Shown in pieces: positions 1 to 11,100 of a stretch of 64,000 nt of DNA. The notes beneath the pieces are model-generated. The model worked only from the letters and a program-made list of their open reading frames with translations. It was not told where the DNA came from and searched no databases. The position numbers and the translations under genes are program-made. The DNA is from the human T2T-CHM13v2.0 reference genome, Homo sapiens: NCBI RefSeq assembly GCF_009914755.1, contig NC_060938.1, one strand, 5' to 3'. Numbering within the stretch: position 1 is the first letter of the stretch; each line of letters opens with the position of its first letter.

Positions 1-940
1 TGTCACACCAACCCCCTCCTCCACCCGTGTGTCACACCAACCCCCTCCCCCACCCGTGTGTCACACCAACCCCCTCCTCAACCCGTGTCACACCAACCCC
101 CTCCCCCACCCGTGTGTCACACCAACCCCCTCCTCCACCCATGTCACACCAACCCCCTCCTCAACCCGTGTGTCACACCAACCCCCTCCTCAACCCGTGT
201 CACACCAACCCCCTCCTCAACCCGTGTGTCACACCAACCCCCTCCTCCACCCGTGTGTCACACCAACCCCCTCCCCCACCCGTGTGTCACACCAACCCCC
301 TCCTCAACCCGTGTCACACCAACCCCCTCCCCCACCCGTGTGTCACACCAACCCCCTCCTCAACCCGTGTCACACCAACCCCCTCCTCCACCCGTGTGTC
401 ACACCAACCCCCTCCCCCACCCGTGTGTCACACCAACCCCCTCCTCCACCCGTGTGTCACACCAACCCCCTCCCCCACCCGTGTGTCACACCAACCCCCT
501 CCCCCACCCGTGTGTCACACCAACCCCCTCAACCCGTGTGTCACACCAACCCCCTCAACCCGTGTGTCACACCAACCCCCTCCCCCACCCGTGTGTCACA
601 CCAACCCCCTCCCCCACCCGTGTGTCACACCAACCCCCTCCTCAACCCGTGTGTCACACCAACCCCCTCCTCAACCCATGTCACACCAACCCCCTCCCCC
701 ACCCGTGTTTCACACCAACCCCCTCCTCAACCCGTGTGTCACACCAACCCCCTCCTCAACCCATGTGTCACACCAACCCCCTCCAGCCATGTGTCACACC
801 AACCCCCTCCTCCACCCATGGGTCACACCAACACTCTCCCCGACACATGTGTCATACCAACGTCCTCCTCCACCCATGTATCACATCAGCTCCCTCCTCC
901 ACCCATGTGTTACAGGGAGCCCCTCCTCCCTCCATGTGTC
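1..940. repeat. C-rich minisatellite/VNTR, unit ~29 bp (TGTCACACCAACCCCCTCCTCCACCCGTG) with 26-27 bp variants; ~30 copies, decaying after ~800; starts before the window
   Basis: Directly visible tandem repeat; explains the three overlapping P/H/T/C-rich ORFs. Confidence 0.97.
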
Positions 941-1251
941 TGTCAATCTGAGCCCCTTTTCCATTCATGTGTCACTCTGAGCCTCTTTCCCACCTCCATA
1001 CCCTCCTGCCACCCCTACTTCTTAATCTTTAACCCCTTTCCCTAAAGGTTTCCCTCCATGGGCTCTTTCAGAGAATGTTATATTATCAGGTCATTTACTC
1101 ACAGATATTTTTGCACCACCTACCACGTGCCTGGCTGCGTGTCCCTGTGCATGTGTGTTGGTGGTGTGGATGGCTGGAGAGTGTAGGACGAGGCAGGCAG
1201 TATGGTGGTTGAGAAAGATGTCAAAGAACAAAGGAAGGTGTTTTGGGGTAC

Positions 1252-1490
1252 AACTTTATTGAGATGTAATCCACATACACACAATCCGCCCATTAAAGCT
1301 CACAGCGAAGTGTGTTTTAGTTATTCACAGATATCTGCAACTATCACCATAATCAATTTAAGATCATTTTCATCACCCCCAAAAGAACTCCAGAGCCTTC
1401 AGCTGTCACCTTCACCCTCCATGCACACCCCCCAGCCCTCAGCAACCAAAAATCTACTTTCTGTCTCTGGGAAATTCTTGAAGTGCCCCT
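1252..1490 (-). mobile_element. Old L1 (L1M-type) 3' end fragment
   Basis: CTTTATTGAGATGTAAT...CAACTATCACCATAATCAATTTAAGATCATTTTCATCACCCCCAAAAGAA resembles the reverse complement of an L1M 3' UTR. Confidence 0.65.
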
Positions 1491-1928
1491 GGACTTCATG
1501 AGTCCTCACTGGGTCCCCAGAGGTGCCTGTTGCAACCCATTTCACAGATGTAGAAGGCAAGGCTGGAGAAGTACCAGGGAGTCAAAGCAGTGGGTGGGTG
1601 GGGTCGAGTCCCCGATGTCCACTCACAGACCTGGGCCAGAATCAGGCCTGTCTCCCCCTTCACCTCCCCATCCTCCGTCCCTTGGCCTGGCTGCACAGTC
1701 ACCTGGGGGCTCTGTGGGGCTAAGGGAGGCCCAGGCCCTGGCCATAGGAGGCAGGTAGGGCAAGGCTGGGCAGGGTGGACAGGTACCCCAGCGCTGCAGG
1801 TGCCCAGCAGTGGGTGGCACTGCCTAGGCTGGCTGTCCCTTGCTGTCACTGCTCTAACCACTAGCAGCAGGCGTCCCCTCTGCCATCCGAGCGCTTGCAC
1901 TGCGCTTCCGGGAGGAGGGTTGCGGCCC

Positions 1929-2021
1929 GTAGTCAGTAGTTGGGGGGTGGGAACGGCTTCATACAGGAGTTGATGCACAGTTATCCAGCTCCTATATGAT
2001 GCCTTTCTTCATCCCCTTCAA
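1929..2021 (+). ncRNA. MIR337: miR-337 precursor
   Basis: 5p GAACGGCTTCATACAGGAGTT (1951-1971) and 3p CTCCTATATGATGCCTTTCTTC (1989-2010) match recalled mature sequences; arms are complementary. Confidence 0.96.
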
Positions 2022-2468
2022 CCACGCGCAGCCCCCGGACCCTCCTCTGCACCCTTGGCTGCACGGGGACGCGTCCTCAAGTCCGCTGCTGTCCTGCCAG
2101 CCTCTTCCCGGCATGCTCCTTGGGCTCTTCTCTCTCTCTTCTGCAGCTCTCTGACTTCCTGGAGGGGAGGGCCTGGGGCTGGGCCATCTCTGAGGCCCCT
2201 CCTTGGCAGGGAACTATGCCCCTGGTGGGACACCCCCTGGGCTGACTCCACAGCCAAGGGCAGATAGGCCGGAGGGGGAGTTGGGTAGCCCTGGGGCTTC
2301 TCCCACTGAGGGGCTGGGGCTGTGCTCCCACACAGAGCCCTCCAAAGGGACCCGGCCCACAGGATGGATGGACAGACGTTGGAGAGATGGTGCCCCTTTG
2401 TGCCCAGGGTGGAGGGGGTGGGGCTTTGGCGGACCAGGGCTGGCCCTTTCTGTGCCCCAAGAGGAGGG

Positions 2469-2540
2469 TCTCCTCGAGGGGTCTCTGCCTCTACCCAGGA
2501 CTCTTTCATGACCAGGAGGCTGAGGCCCCTCACAGGCGGC
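2469..2540 (+). ncRNA. MIR665: miR-665 precursor
   Basis: Mature ACCAGGAGGCTGAGGCCCCT at 2511-2530 pairs with AGGGGTCTCTGCCTCT arm. Confidence 0.93.
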
Positions 2541-2930
2541 TTCTTACTCTCTCCTTAAACCTGTTCTGGAGACATTTCCCCTCTCCCCAAGGATTCCCAA
2601 CTCTGGGTCCCCAGAAGCTGTCAGCTGGGCTCCCTTCTTCCCCTGTGCGTACCCTGCTCAGGCTGGGTACCTGAGGGTGCCCAATGGCAACATGAGCAGG
2701 GGGCACGGCCGTGGCCCCTGGTTCTTGGACCTCTGTCTTCTGCCTCTCTGACTAACTCAGGTCCTGTGCATGGCAGAGGTGACCCGCACCAAGCCCTGTG
2801 ATATTGGCATCATTAACCCCATTAACAAGCCACGACAGCCAGCCCAGGCATGAGCATCGGGGCAGCAGGGCAGCCAGTGTGGGGAGAGAGGCCTTGCAGT
2901 AGCTGAGGCCATTAGAGAGGACAAGAGGGT

Positions 2931-3200
2931 GCAGGAGGGAGCATCCTCACCTCTGCCCTTCCCACTTACATCCCATCTCCCCTTCCTCACCCCTCCTTCC
3001 CCATGCACCCCTTCTTCCTGTAGGAGGGAGCACCCTCACCTCTGCCCTTCCCACTCACCTCCCATCTTCCCTTTCTCACCCCTCCTCCCCAATGCACCCC
3101 CTCCCTTCCTGCAGGAGGGAGCACCCTCTCCCCTGCCCTTCCTTCCCACCTCCCGTCTCCCCTTCCTCACCCCCGCTTCCCCCATGCACCCGCTCCCTTC
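2931..3200. repeat. Three tandem ~90-bp pyrimidine-rich copies (CAGGAGGGAGCACCCTC...CATGCACCC)
   Basis: Units start at ~2931, 3020 and 3111. Confidence 0.85.
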
Positions 3201-4000
3201 CTGGTCTACCCCTCAGCTTCTGTGGTGTCAGGATGGGTATGCTTGTCTTTGTTGATCTCAGACAGGTGGACAGGGGTCTGGACGAGGCTTACTGTTTGGG
3301 TCTGAGGTCAGTGCTCATGGGCTTGGGGCATGACAAGGGTCTTGTCGTCCCCGCAGCAGGGCTCTGAGCGGGTGGGTGGAGCTTGGGAGTGGGGGTGATG
3401 GCTTCTATTTGTTGTCTTTCTCTTTTTCACTTTGGGAGCAACCGGGGTCACCAGGTGGGCAGGAGGGGACCTCACGTCTCTGCCCTGGGCAGATTGTTAA
3501 GAGCTGGTCAAGCTCCTGGCACGGGGGCCTGAGTCCAAGGCCCTAACTGGACCTGGGGCCGCCTGCAGGAGGGATGAGCGAGTCCGGACCCGAGCGGTGA
3601 GTAGCCCTCAGCTGCCTGGGTGGTGTGCTGTTGAGTGTTCCAGAAACTGGCCCTGTGTGCACCAGGGCTGGAGGCTGGCACGTTGGGCATCTCATGGGGG
3701 TGGGCTGGGTCGGGAAGGGAGGTTGATGGACAAGACTCAGCAGGAGTGGAGCTCAGGGCTCCCTCCATCCCCTGACATCAGTGACCTGGGGGTGGACAGA
3801 GAAGGTGGAAGATGGGTGCATTTAGTTGTGGCCCGCCAGGTCCCGTGGGCCTGTGTGCCAGTGTCCGCGCCAGGCTGTGCTGTCTGCTGTTCAGAGGAGT
3901 TTTCACCTTTTTTTGTGGTGGCCATGATGTCATAACCCAGCATGACATTTAACATTAACCTTCCTTTTTCTTTCCCCAGGAGAAAAAAAGGTTTGTATTA

Positions 4001-4200
4001 TTTTTCTTTTGAATTTTTTATTTCCATAGGTTTTGGGGAACAGGTGGTGTTTGGTTACATGAGTAAGTTCCTTGGTGGTGATTTGTGAGATTCTCGTGCA
4101 CCCATCACCTGAGCAGTACACACTGAACCCAGTTTGTACTTTTATCCCTCACCCCCTCCCACCCTTTTCCTGGAGTCCCCAGAGTCCGTTGTATCACTTT
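4001..4200 (-). mobile_element. L1PB-like 3' end fragment
   Basis: TTTTATTTCCATAGGTTTTGGGGAACAGGTGGTGTTTGGTTACATGAGTAAGTTC, same motif as the L1 end at ~48750. Confidence 0.75.
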
Positions 4201-4501
4201 ATCAGTAGTTCTCCTCTGGGCCTGGGGGCTGCCGCTCTTCTCTGTAAACTAAACCTGCTGTGGCTGGATGGGGCAGGGGAGCCAAGGAGGCGAGGTCCTC
4301 ACTGTCTGCTGGTGTGGGGGGCCGTGGCCACTCTAGCACCGGGAGCCCCCAGTCAATATGTGTGTGTGTGTGTGAACTGTGGATAAATACGCTTACCTTA
4401 GCGCGTGTCTGGATTCCCCCACTGTGGGGCACGGGTGATTACTGCTGGTAAATTCTCTGTTTGGCCTTACCCTGCAAGGTAGTCCTGTTCATCCCTCCAC
4501 C

Positions 4502-4802
4502 TTTTTTTTTTTTTTTTCTTGAGACGGAGTTTCACTCTTGTTGCACAGGCTGGAGTGCAGTGGCGCGATCTCAGCTCATCGCAACCTCCGCCTCCCAGGT
4601 TCAAACGATTCTCTGCCTCAGCCTCCTGAGTAGCTGGGATTATAGGCATGCGCCACCATACCCAGCTAATTTTTTGTTATTTAGTAGAGACGGGGTTTCT
4701 CCATGTTGGTCAGGCTGGTCTCGAGCTCCTGATCTCAGGTGATCCATCTGCCTCGGCCTCCCAAAGTGTTGGGATTACAGGCGTGAGCCACTGCACCCGG
4801 CC
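4502..4802 (-). mobile_element. Alu (S-type)
   Basis: polyT followed by GAGACGGAGTTTCACTC...GCGTGAGCCACTGCACCCGGCC. Confidence 0.96.
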
Positions 4803-5659
4803 TTGCCCCTCCATCTTTGATGGCCAGGAGGAAAGGATGGCGGTCGTCGACGGTCCTGGCTGCAGGGACACGGGGACTGCCAATCCACCCCACATTTACC
4901 CAAGGAGCCCTTACCAAGCAGGGACAGAGATTTGCCATTAAAATCCAGCCTCTGGGACCCCCCAGGGGTGGCCTTCAGGAGACCTGATCTAGGGACCCTC
5001 CATTATGACCCCAGGCTCTATCCCAAGGTAGTTTACTTCAAGGGACTTGGGAGCCCCAAGAAGAATGTCATCTGGGAACAGAGGGGGTTTTAGGAGCCAG
5101 CGGCCCTTGGAGACTGGGTCTGGTTATTCTGGAAATGACCCTCCCTCTCACTACATCCCCCATTTGATGATGGGAAAACAGGCTGGAAGATGGACAGCCA
5201 CTACCTGAGGTCACCCAGCAAGTCAAAGTTGGGGCCTTCTGGGGCCAGGTCACTAAAGGGGATCTGCACCTCTTGCAGCTGAGCCCCTGGCCTTAACCCA
5301 TGGCAGCCTGTCTTGGGCTGCCATCAGAGGCAGAGTGCTAGGTGAACGGACAGACAGACATGGTGCCCTTGAGCTCCTGGAGCTGCTGTGATGTTGGTTG
5401 TTGTGGAGGTCATTGCTGGGCCTTGTGACTGGAGGCAGAGTGGGTGAAGTGGCCCAGGTGAGAGGACAAAGATCAGCCACCAGGAAGGGGCCTCCATCCT
5501 GGCTCTGTCCTCAGCTCCTCTGCAGCCGGTTCTGGGCCTTGATTTCCCCAAGTTTACCTTGGGAAATTGACATGAGAAGTCTGTGGATGGGGCTGGGAGC
5601 TCTGAGTGCCAGCTGTGCCCAGCAGTTTATTCCTAACTCTGAATCCTCACAGCAGCCTT

Positions 5660-5815
5660 GGTGGGTTGGAGTGACAGATGAGGAAACTGAGGCTGGGAGA
5701 GGCCTTCCTGCAGCCAGCCAGTGGAGGGAGAGAGAAGCCCAGAGGTGTAGCCCCTGCCTTTGAACCTGGAGATCCTGACCATGATCTCCTGGTGCTGCTA
5801 TCAGGGGTAGATTCT
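5660..5815 (+). mobile_element. MIR fragment ending in a hairpin (miR-3070-like)
   Basis: MIR core CAGATGAGGAAACTGAGGC at ~5675, then TTTGAACC; inverted arms CCCCTG/CAGGGG and GGAGATC/GATCTCC. Confidence 0.6.
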
Positions 5816-7202
5816 TCAGACAGGTGGATGGTGGGTGAAGGCCAGGCACCCCTGGGGACTTGTGAGGGCATCGTGAGCCCTGTGTGGGGCTGGGCAGTGC
5901 AGGGAAGGAAGGAGGCTGAGCTTGCAGTGCCAGCCTTGGGCTCCCGTGGGGTGTGTCCTTGGTCAGGGGCTCCCCACTGTGTGCCCAGTGGTCCTGGTCC
6001 ACGATGGGTAGGAGCAGGAGGCAGAGCCACACTGTCTGGAGGCTGTCATGCTCCCGTGCCTCCCCTCGAGGACACAGTAGGGTCTCTTCCATGTGGGAGC
6101 TGAGAACTATGGGGCCAGGTGGAAATGGCTTTCCTAGGGGATGGGGTGGCTCCAACTCAGGCTAGTCAGACCCCTGCGGGGCCCCTGAGCTTTGAGCCTG
6201 AGATCTGTTGGGTGGTCTCACGGTGTGTCTTCAGGAGCAGGTTCCTCAGCAGGGCAGAGAGGGCAGAGCTGGTGTGTCCTGGCATGGGGGCCCGTGTGCA
6301 CAGAGCTCCAGTGTTTTTGCCCTCCTAGATGAAGTTCAAGGTCATGCTGAGAGAGGCCCACGGCTCCTTCCCCTCTGTGTCCTCGCAGAGCTCTCACCTG
6401 TGGAGGGGTGCAGTGGGGCGGGGGTGCTCTGGGAGGTTGGAGGCCACTCCTGGATAGGTGTGACCCATGGCCAGGAAGAGGGGTCAGCATGTCCTGGACT
6501 GTGGAGGGGGAACTCAGAGTGGGTGAGTGCCACCTGCCCTACCTCCCCAACTCCCTGTGGGACCCCTGGCAGCTCCCCTACCCAGGGCAGTGCACCCTCA
6601 CCCTCACAACAGCCATTTTGCCACTTTGGGGACAGCATGACCCTCTGAAATGGGACCCAGGACTTTTCCTCTCGGAGTGGGGGTTAGGGACTGCTTGAGA
6701 CCAGGGCTTGTGGACCCTGCAGTGTGGGGCTCAGACCGCACCTCGTTAATCACATGGCGAGGAGGCCAAGGCCAGAGGTGGGAACTGGGTTTCGGGGCTC
6801 CCTTTTCTGGAACCCTTAGGAGAGACAGCCCCCACTCCCCCGCCTCCCACTGCCCTAAGGCACCTCTTCTGTCCTCTCTTTGACATGAGCCTGTGGGGGG
6901 TGCACGTCCCTGGTGGCCTCAGTGGGGGTGGGTGCCTTCTCATGGCAGAAAGAAGTGCCCAGAGTCTTGGTGGGGACGCCTTCAGGAAGGTTGGGGGAGG
7001 CCTGCTGCCCATGTGCCAGGCCCCCAGGGGCTGTTTCAGGGCAGAGCGTTTCCTGCCCCCACCCTTCCTGCCCAGTCCACTTGCCCCCTCGTCCACCCCA
7101 CCTACTCCCTCCCTCCTCCCATGCGTGTCCCCTCCCCCGCCTATCCTCCCACCACCTCCACTTTTAGAACAAACCCCAAAGTCAGACAGTCTTTTAGTTT
7201 GC

Positions 7203-7208
7203 TTTATT
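7203..7208 (-). terminator. Probable RTL1 polyadenylation signal AATAAA (cleavage ~7189)
   Basis: TTTATT on + strand ~940 nt beyond the RTL1 stop in otherwise GC-rich DNA. Confidence 0.7.
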
Positions 7209-8147
7209 TGAGGAGTGCAAAAAGATTGGGGGGTGAGAAAGCTCGGGGGGTGGGGAAGGGTCTACTCCCCTTGCAAAGCGGTGGTGTGGCCAGAGCCTCT
7301 CTGTGACTCGGCATGGTCCCCTGGGTGTCTGTGTGCCTTCTGGGACTCCATCCCTGTATGAGGGGCCCCTGCACCCCTGCACTGTCCAGTGTTCAGTGTT
7401 GGGAGGGAAAGGCGCCCCAAGGCATGCAGGGGCCCTCTTTGCTGTGCAAGTCTGGTAAGTGGCACTGGTACGTCCGGATGCCCCAAAGAGCGGCTTTGTC
7501 CAGGTAAGTCCAGAGCTCAGGGCAAGAGGAAGGCGGGGTCAAAAAAGCTGAAGCAGATGTGGTGGGGGTGGGGGTGGGTTTGCTTGCAGGGTGTGATGGG
7601 GGTGAGGGAGGCACCACATCATCAGATGTCGGGAGGTTGGGGGATGGGGGTTGGGGGGCGGGGGCGGGAGCTCAGGGGAGCAGGAGCACCGGCAGTGGAG
7701 GTAGAAGAAGTCAGTGGAGCACCCGAGGTCAGTGTCCCAGGGTGGCCATCGCCAGGCCGGGTGGGGGGCCCCGTCACCTGCTTGCTTGGCTGCGCCTGCT
7801 GTGCCTGCTTCTTCATCTGGCCACGCGTCATGGGGTCACTTCCTGCTCACCACTGCTTTCTCCCTCATGGATGTCACTCCCGGGCATGGGCTTGGGACCT
7901 GGAGAACGGAGAACTCGTAGCCCAGGGCTGGCGCTGGGTCTCTGAGGACTGGGTAGTCCGTTAGCACAGGTGGCATTGCTGGTTGATGAGTTGAAGAAGT
8001 TGTTGCCCTTCACAAGTGGGTTCCTCTTGGGTCAGGAGTGGCAGGAAGGGAAGCGAAGCAGGCTGAGGCGCGGGGAGGCCAGGGGACGTCGGGAGGTGTT
8101 GGGGTGAGAAATAGAGGGGACTCTTTGCTGGAGACAGGGAGGCGTCT

Positions 8148-11100
8148 TCAGTCGAGGTTAGCATCTTCGTCCTCATCAGGCAGCTCTTCTAGCCTTGCCT
8201 GCTCCCTGGGCTGGCTCTCCCAGGCGGGGATGGGCAGGGCCCGCCTGTAGATCAGGGTCAGGAACTGGCTCAGGGCCCTGGCTGCCTGCTCCCGGCTGAG
8301 CAGGTGCAGCTGGCCATCTGCACTGTGGATGTGGAGCAGGCGGCTACCAAGGAATTCCAGGACCTGGGGATCCATCAGGTGGCGTGGGCGGGGTGGGTGG
8401 GTGGCTGCTGTGTGGCTGGGTGGGGCCTCCTGCACGTCGTTGTCCTGCTTGTCCTGCGAGGTGTCTTGCAGGCCGTCATGCAGGCCACACTGACGGTAAC
8501 GTTGCAGGTCGTCTTGCAGGGCTTCTCGCAAGACGACATCCTCATCACCAACGACGTGCAGCTCCAGGTAGCGGTTCTGACGCAGGGCAGGGAGGTGGCC
8601 CTCCTGGGGGGTGACTCTGACACCGAAGAACTCACACAGCGTCAGCCAGAAGCCAGGGGTGAACTGCAGGCCTCGGTGGGCCTGGGAGTGCAGAGCATTT
8701 CGCTGCCAGCGGCCAGGGCCCAGGAACAGCTCAGCCAGCTCCTGGGCTGGGATGGTGTTTGCACCTACGAGAGCGGGCATCTGGGTGAGCAGCTGGGTGA
8801 TGGCTGTCGTGATGCTGCTGCCTGCGATGAGGGACGAATCCAGGATGAGTCGTAGGGAGCGCTGGGGCTGGGGCCGAGCCACCCGCATGGCGGGTGCCGG
8901 CCGCAGCGAGAGGCATTGCCTCACGCGCAGTAGCACGAGGATGGCTGCCAGGGCTAGGGTGTTCTTCCAGTACAGGAGGCCTCGGAAGAAGTGCAGAATG
9001 ACGGCCCTGATCTGGGCCATGCTGAAGTGGGCGAGGAAGCTGTTGAGGATCTGGTCGATGGGTATCATGGCCAGCAGCTCTTGCCGTAGGATCTGTTCAT
9101 TGAGCTCATCCTGTTCTTCATTCTCTTCTTCCCCGGATTCCGTCGATGGATCCCTGGGGAATCCCCTTGAGGCCAGCAGCAGGGTTTGCCTGGCGGCAGT
9201 GTTCCTCTGGAAGGCTCTCCTCCACCGGAGGTTTCTCACAGGTGGCAGAGCTCGGCCGCCGTCTTGTTCTGGCAGCTCCATGACGTCAAAGTTGAAGTGG
9301 GAGAAGAAGAAGACCCAATGCCCGGGGAGAAGTACGGTGAGCCTGTCATTATTCAGAGAGGCTAGATCCTCTGTGTTGAGAAGGATCATGATGGGCTCCT
9401 CGGTGTTCTCCAGGTAGCGGCACCACACCATGAAGGCAGCCCGTATTGGAAGAATCTTCATCTCCGCTTGAGAGTACTCAACCTCGATAGGGGAGATGTT
9501 GCGGGAGTAGAAAGCGCAGCAGGCTCTCTTGCCGGTTTGGTCGTCGATTTGGATCAGGGAGGCGTGCAGGGCCGTGCCGGTGACGCCGGTTTCCAAGTAG
9601 AATGGGTTCTGGGGCTTGGGGTGGTGGAGGAGAGGCGCCTTGCGGAAAGCCCTCTTCAGGCACTCGAAGGCCTCTTGCTCCTGGACTCCCCAGTAGAACT
9701 GGTAGGAGCTCAGCAGCTGCCGCACCAGGGGCTCTGCGATGATGCTGAAGCGCTCCACGAAGTGGCGGTAGGGGAAGACGAATTCGATGAAGTTTCGCAG
9801 AGATAGCTTGGAGCCAGGGGTAGGGTACCCTGTTATGATGGTCATGACGTTCTTGTTCAGTTTCACCCCTTTGGGGGTGACGACGAAGCCCAGGAATTCC
9901 ACGGTTTGGCGGTGGAACTGGCTCTTGTCCAGGGAGCAGTAGACGTTGTGATGGCGGAAGCGGACCAGGACTTGGCGGACGTGGTGGAGGTGCTCCTCCT
10001 GACTCATTGAGTAGATCAGGACTTCCTGGCCATAAGAAAGCACAAAGAACCCTAGCATGTCCTTTAGGATGAAGTGAATCACGTTCTGAGGTATGATAGG
10101 GTCTGGGGAGAGCGCGAACGGCTGGTAGCTCTTCATCTCTTCAAGCTCCAAACCAAACGCTGCTTTCCACACATCTTCGGTGCGGTGCCCGTTCACGCTT
10201 TCCTCCACAATGGTCCCACGCAGCTCCAGTTTTGTGAACCACTCGGCTCCGTGTAACTGGTCAAACAGTTCCGGAATCATCTGTATGTAGTCCTGTCTGT
10301 TGGTCAGCATGTCCTGCAGGTCCCAGTATTCCTCCTGTAGCCTGGCTCTTTCTTGCATCCTGGCACCCACAGGTTCCCAAGGCGCGGTGGAGGGACACTC
10401 GTAAAAGGTCTCGCTGTGATCACTGTCTCCAGCCTGCTGAAGCTCAGAGGGCTCTGATTCAGAAAGATCATCGGATCCGTCTGAGCTTGGCTGGTCGGAA
10501 GTCTCATCATCTGCTTCCTTCGGGTTAAACACGTCGGCCAGGTCTGAGTATGGGTGTGGCAGTCCGGGTAGCAGGCTCATGCCGTGCCTCTCTAGGGCAA
10601 TGCATGGCGGGGGCGGGCGGAAGCAGTTCTTCAGGCAGTAGGGAGAGTGGAAGGTGCAGCGGCCTTTGATCCAGTCGACTTCGGGGGCGTGGACTCGGAG
10701 CCAGCGGATGCCTAGGACCACAGAGAAGTTCGGTGAAGGTACGATGTCAAATTCGATGGACTCCTGGTGGTTCTGGTGGATACACACCAGGGGCTCCGTG
10801 TAGAGCCAGACAGGCTCGTTGCCAATCAGCGAGCCGTCCACGGATTGGACCGGCTGTGGGTACGGCTTCTCGTAGAGCTCGACGTAGTGCTCTTGGGCGA
10901 ACTTCTCATCCATGAAGTTGCCGTCAGCTCCCGAATCCACCAGGGCCTGGACCGCGACGCTGTGGTAGGGGTTCACTCTCACCATGAGCAGCAGGAAGAG
11001 GTGGGCGCGATTGATGTCCGGATGGACTTCGCTGGGCAACCAGCTGCTGACCATCCACCTCTCTGGAGCAGGTGAGTCGATCCAGGTCAGGTTCCGGGGG

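Noticed and set aside
27-1045. Three overlapping ~300-aa ORFs rich in P/H/T/C
   Set aside because: All three frames are open only because the minisatellite unit has no stop codon; they are not genes
4461-4941. ORFs overlapping Alu elements here and at 14882, 21474, 35736, 46640, 59430 and 61029
   Set aside because: Typical Alu-derived pseudo-peptides
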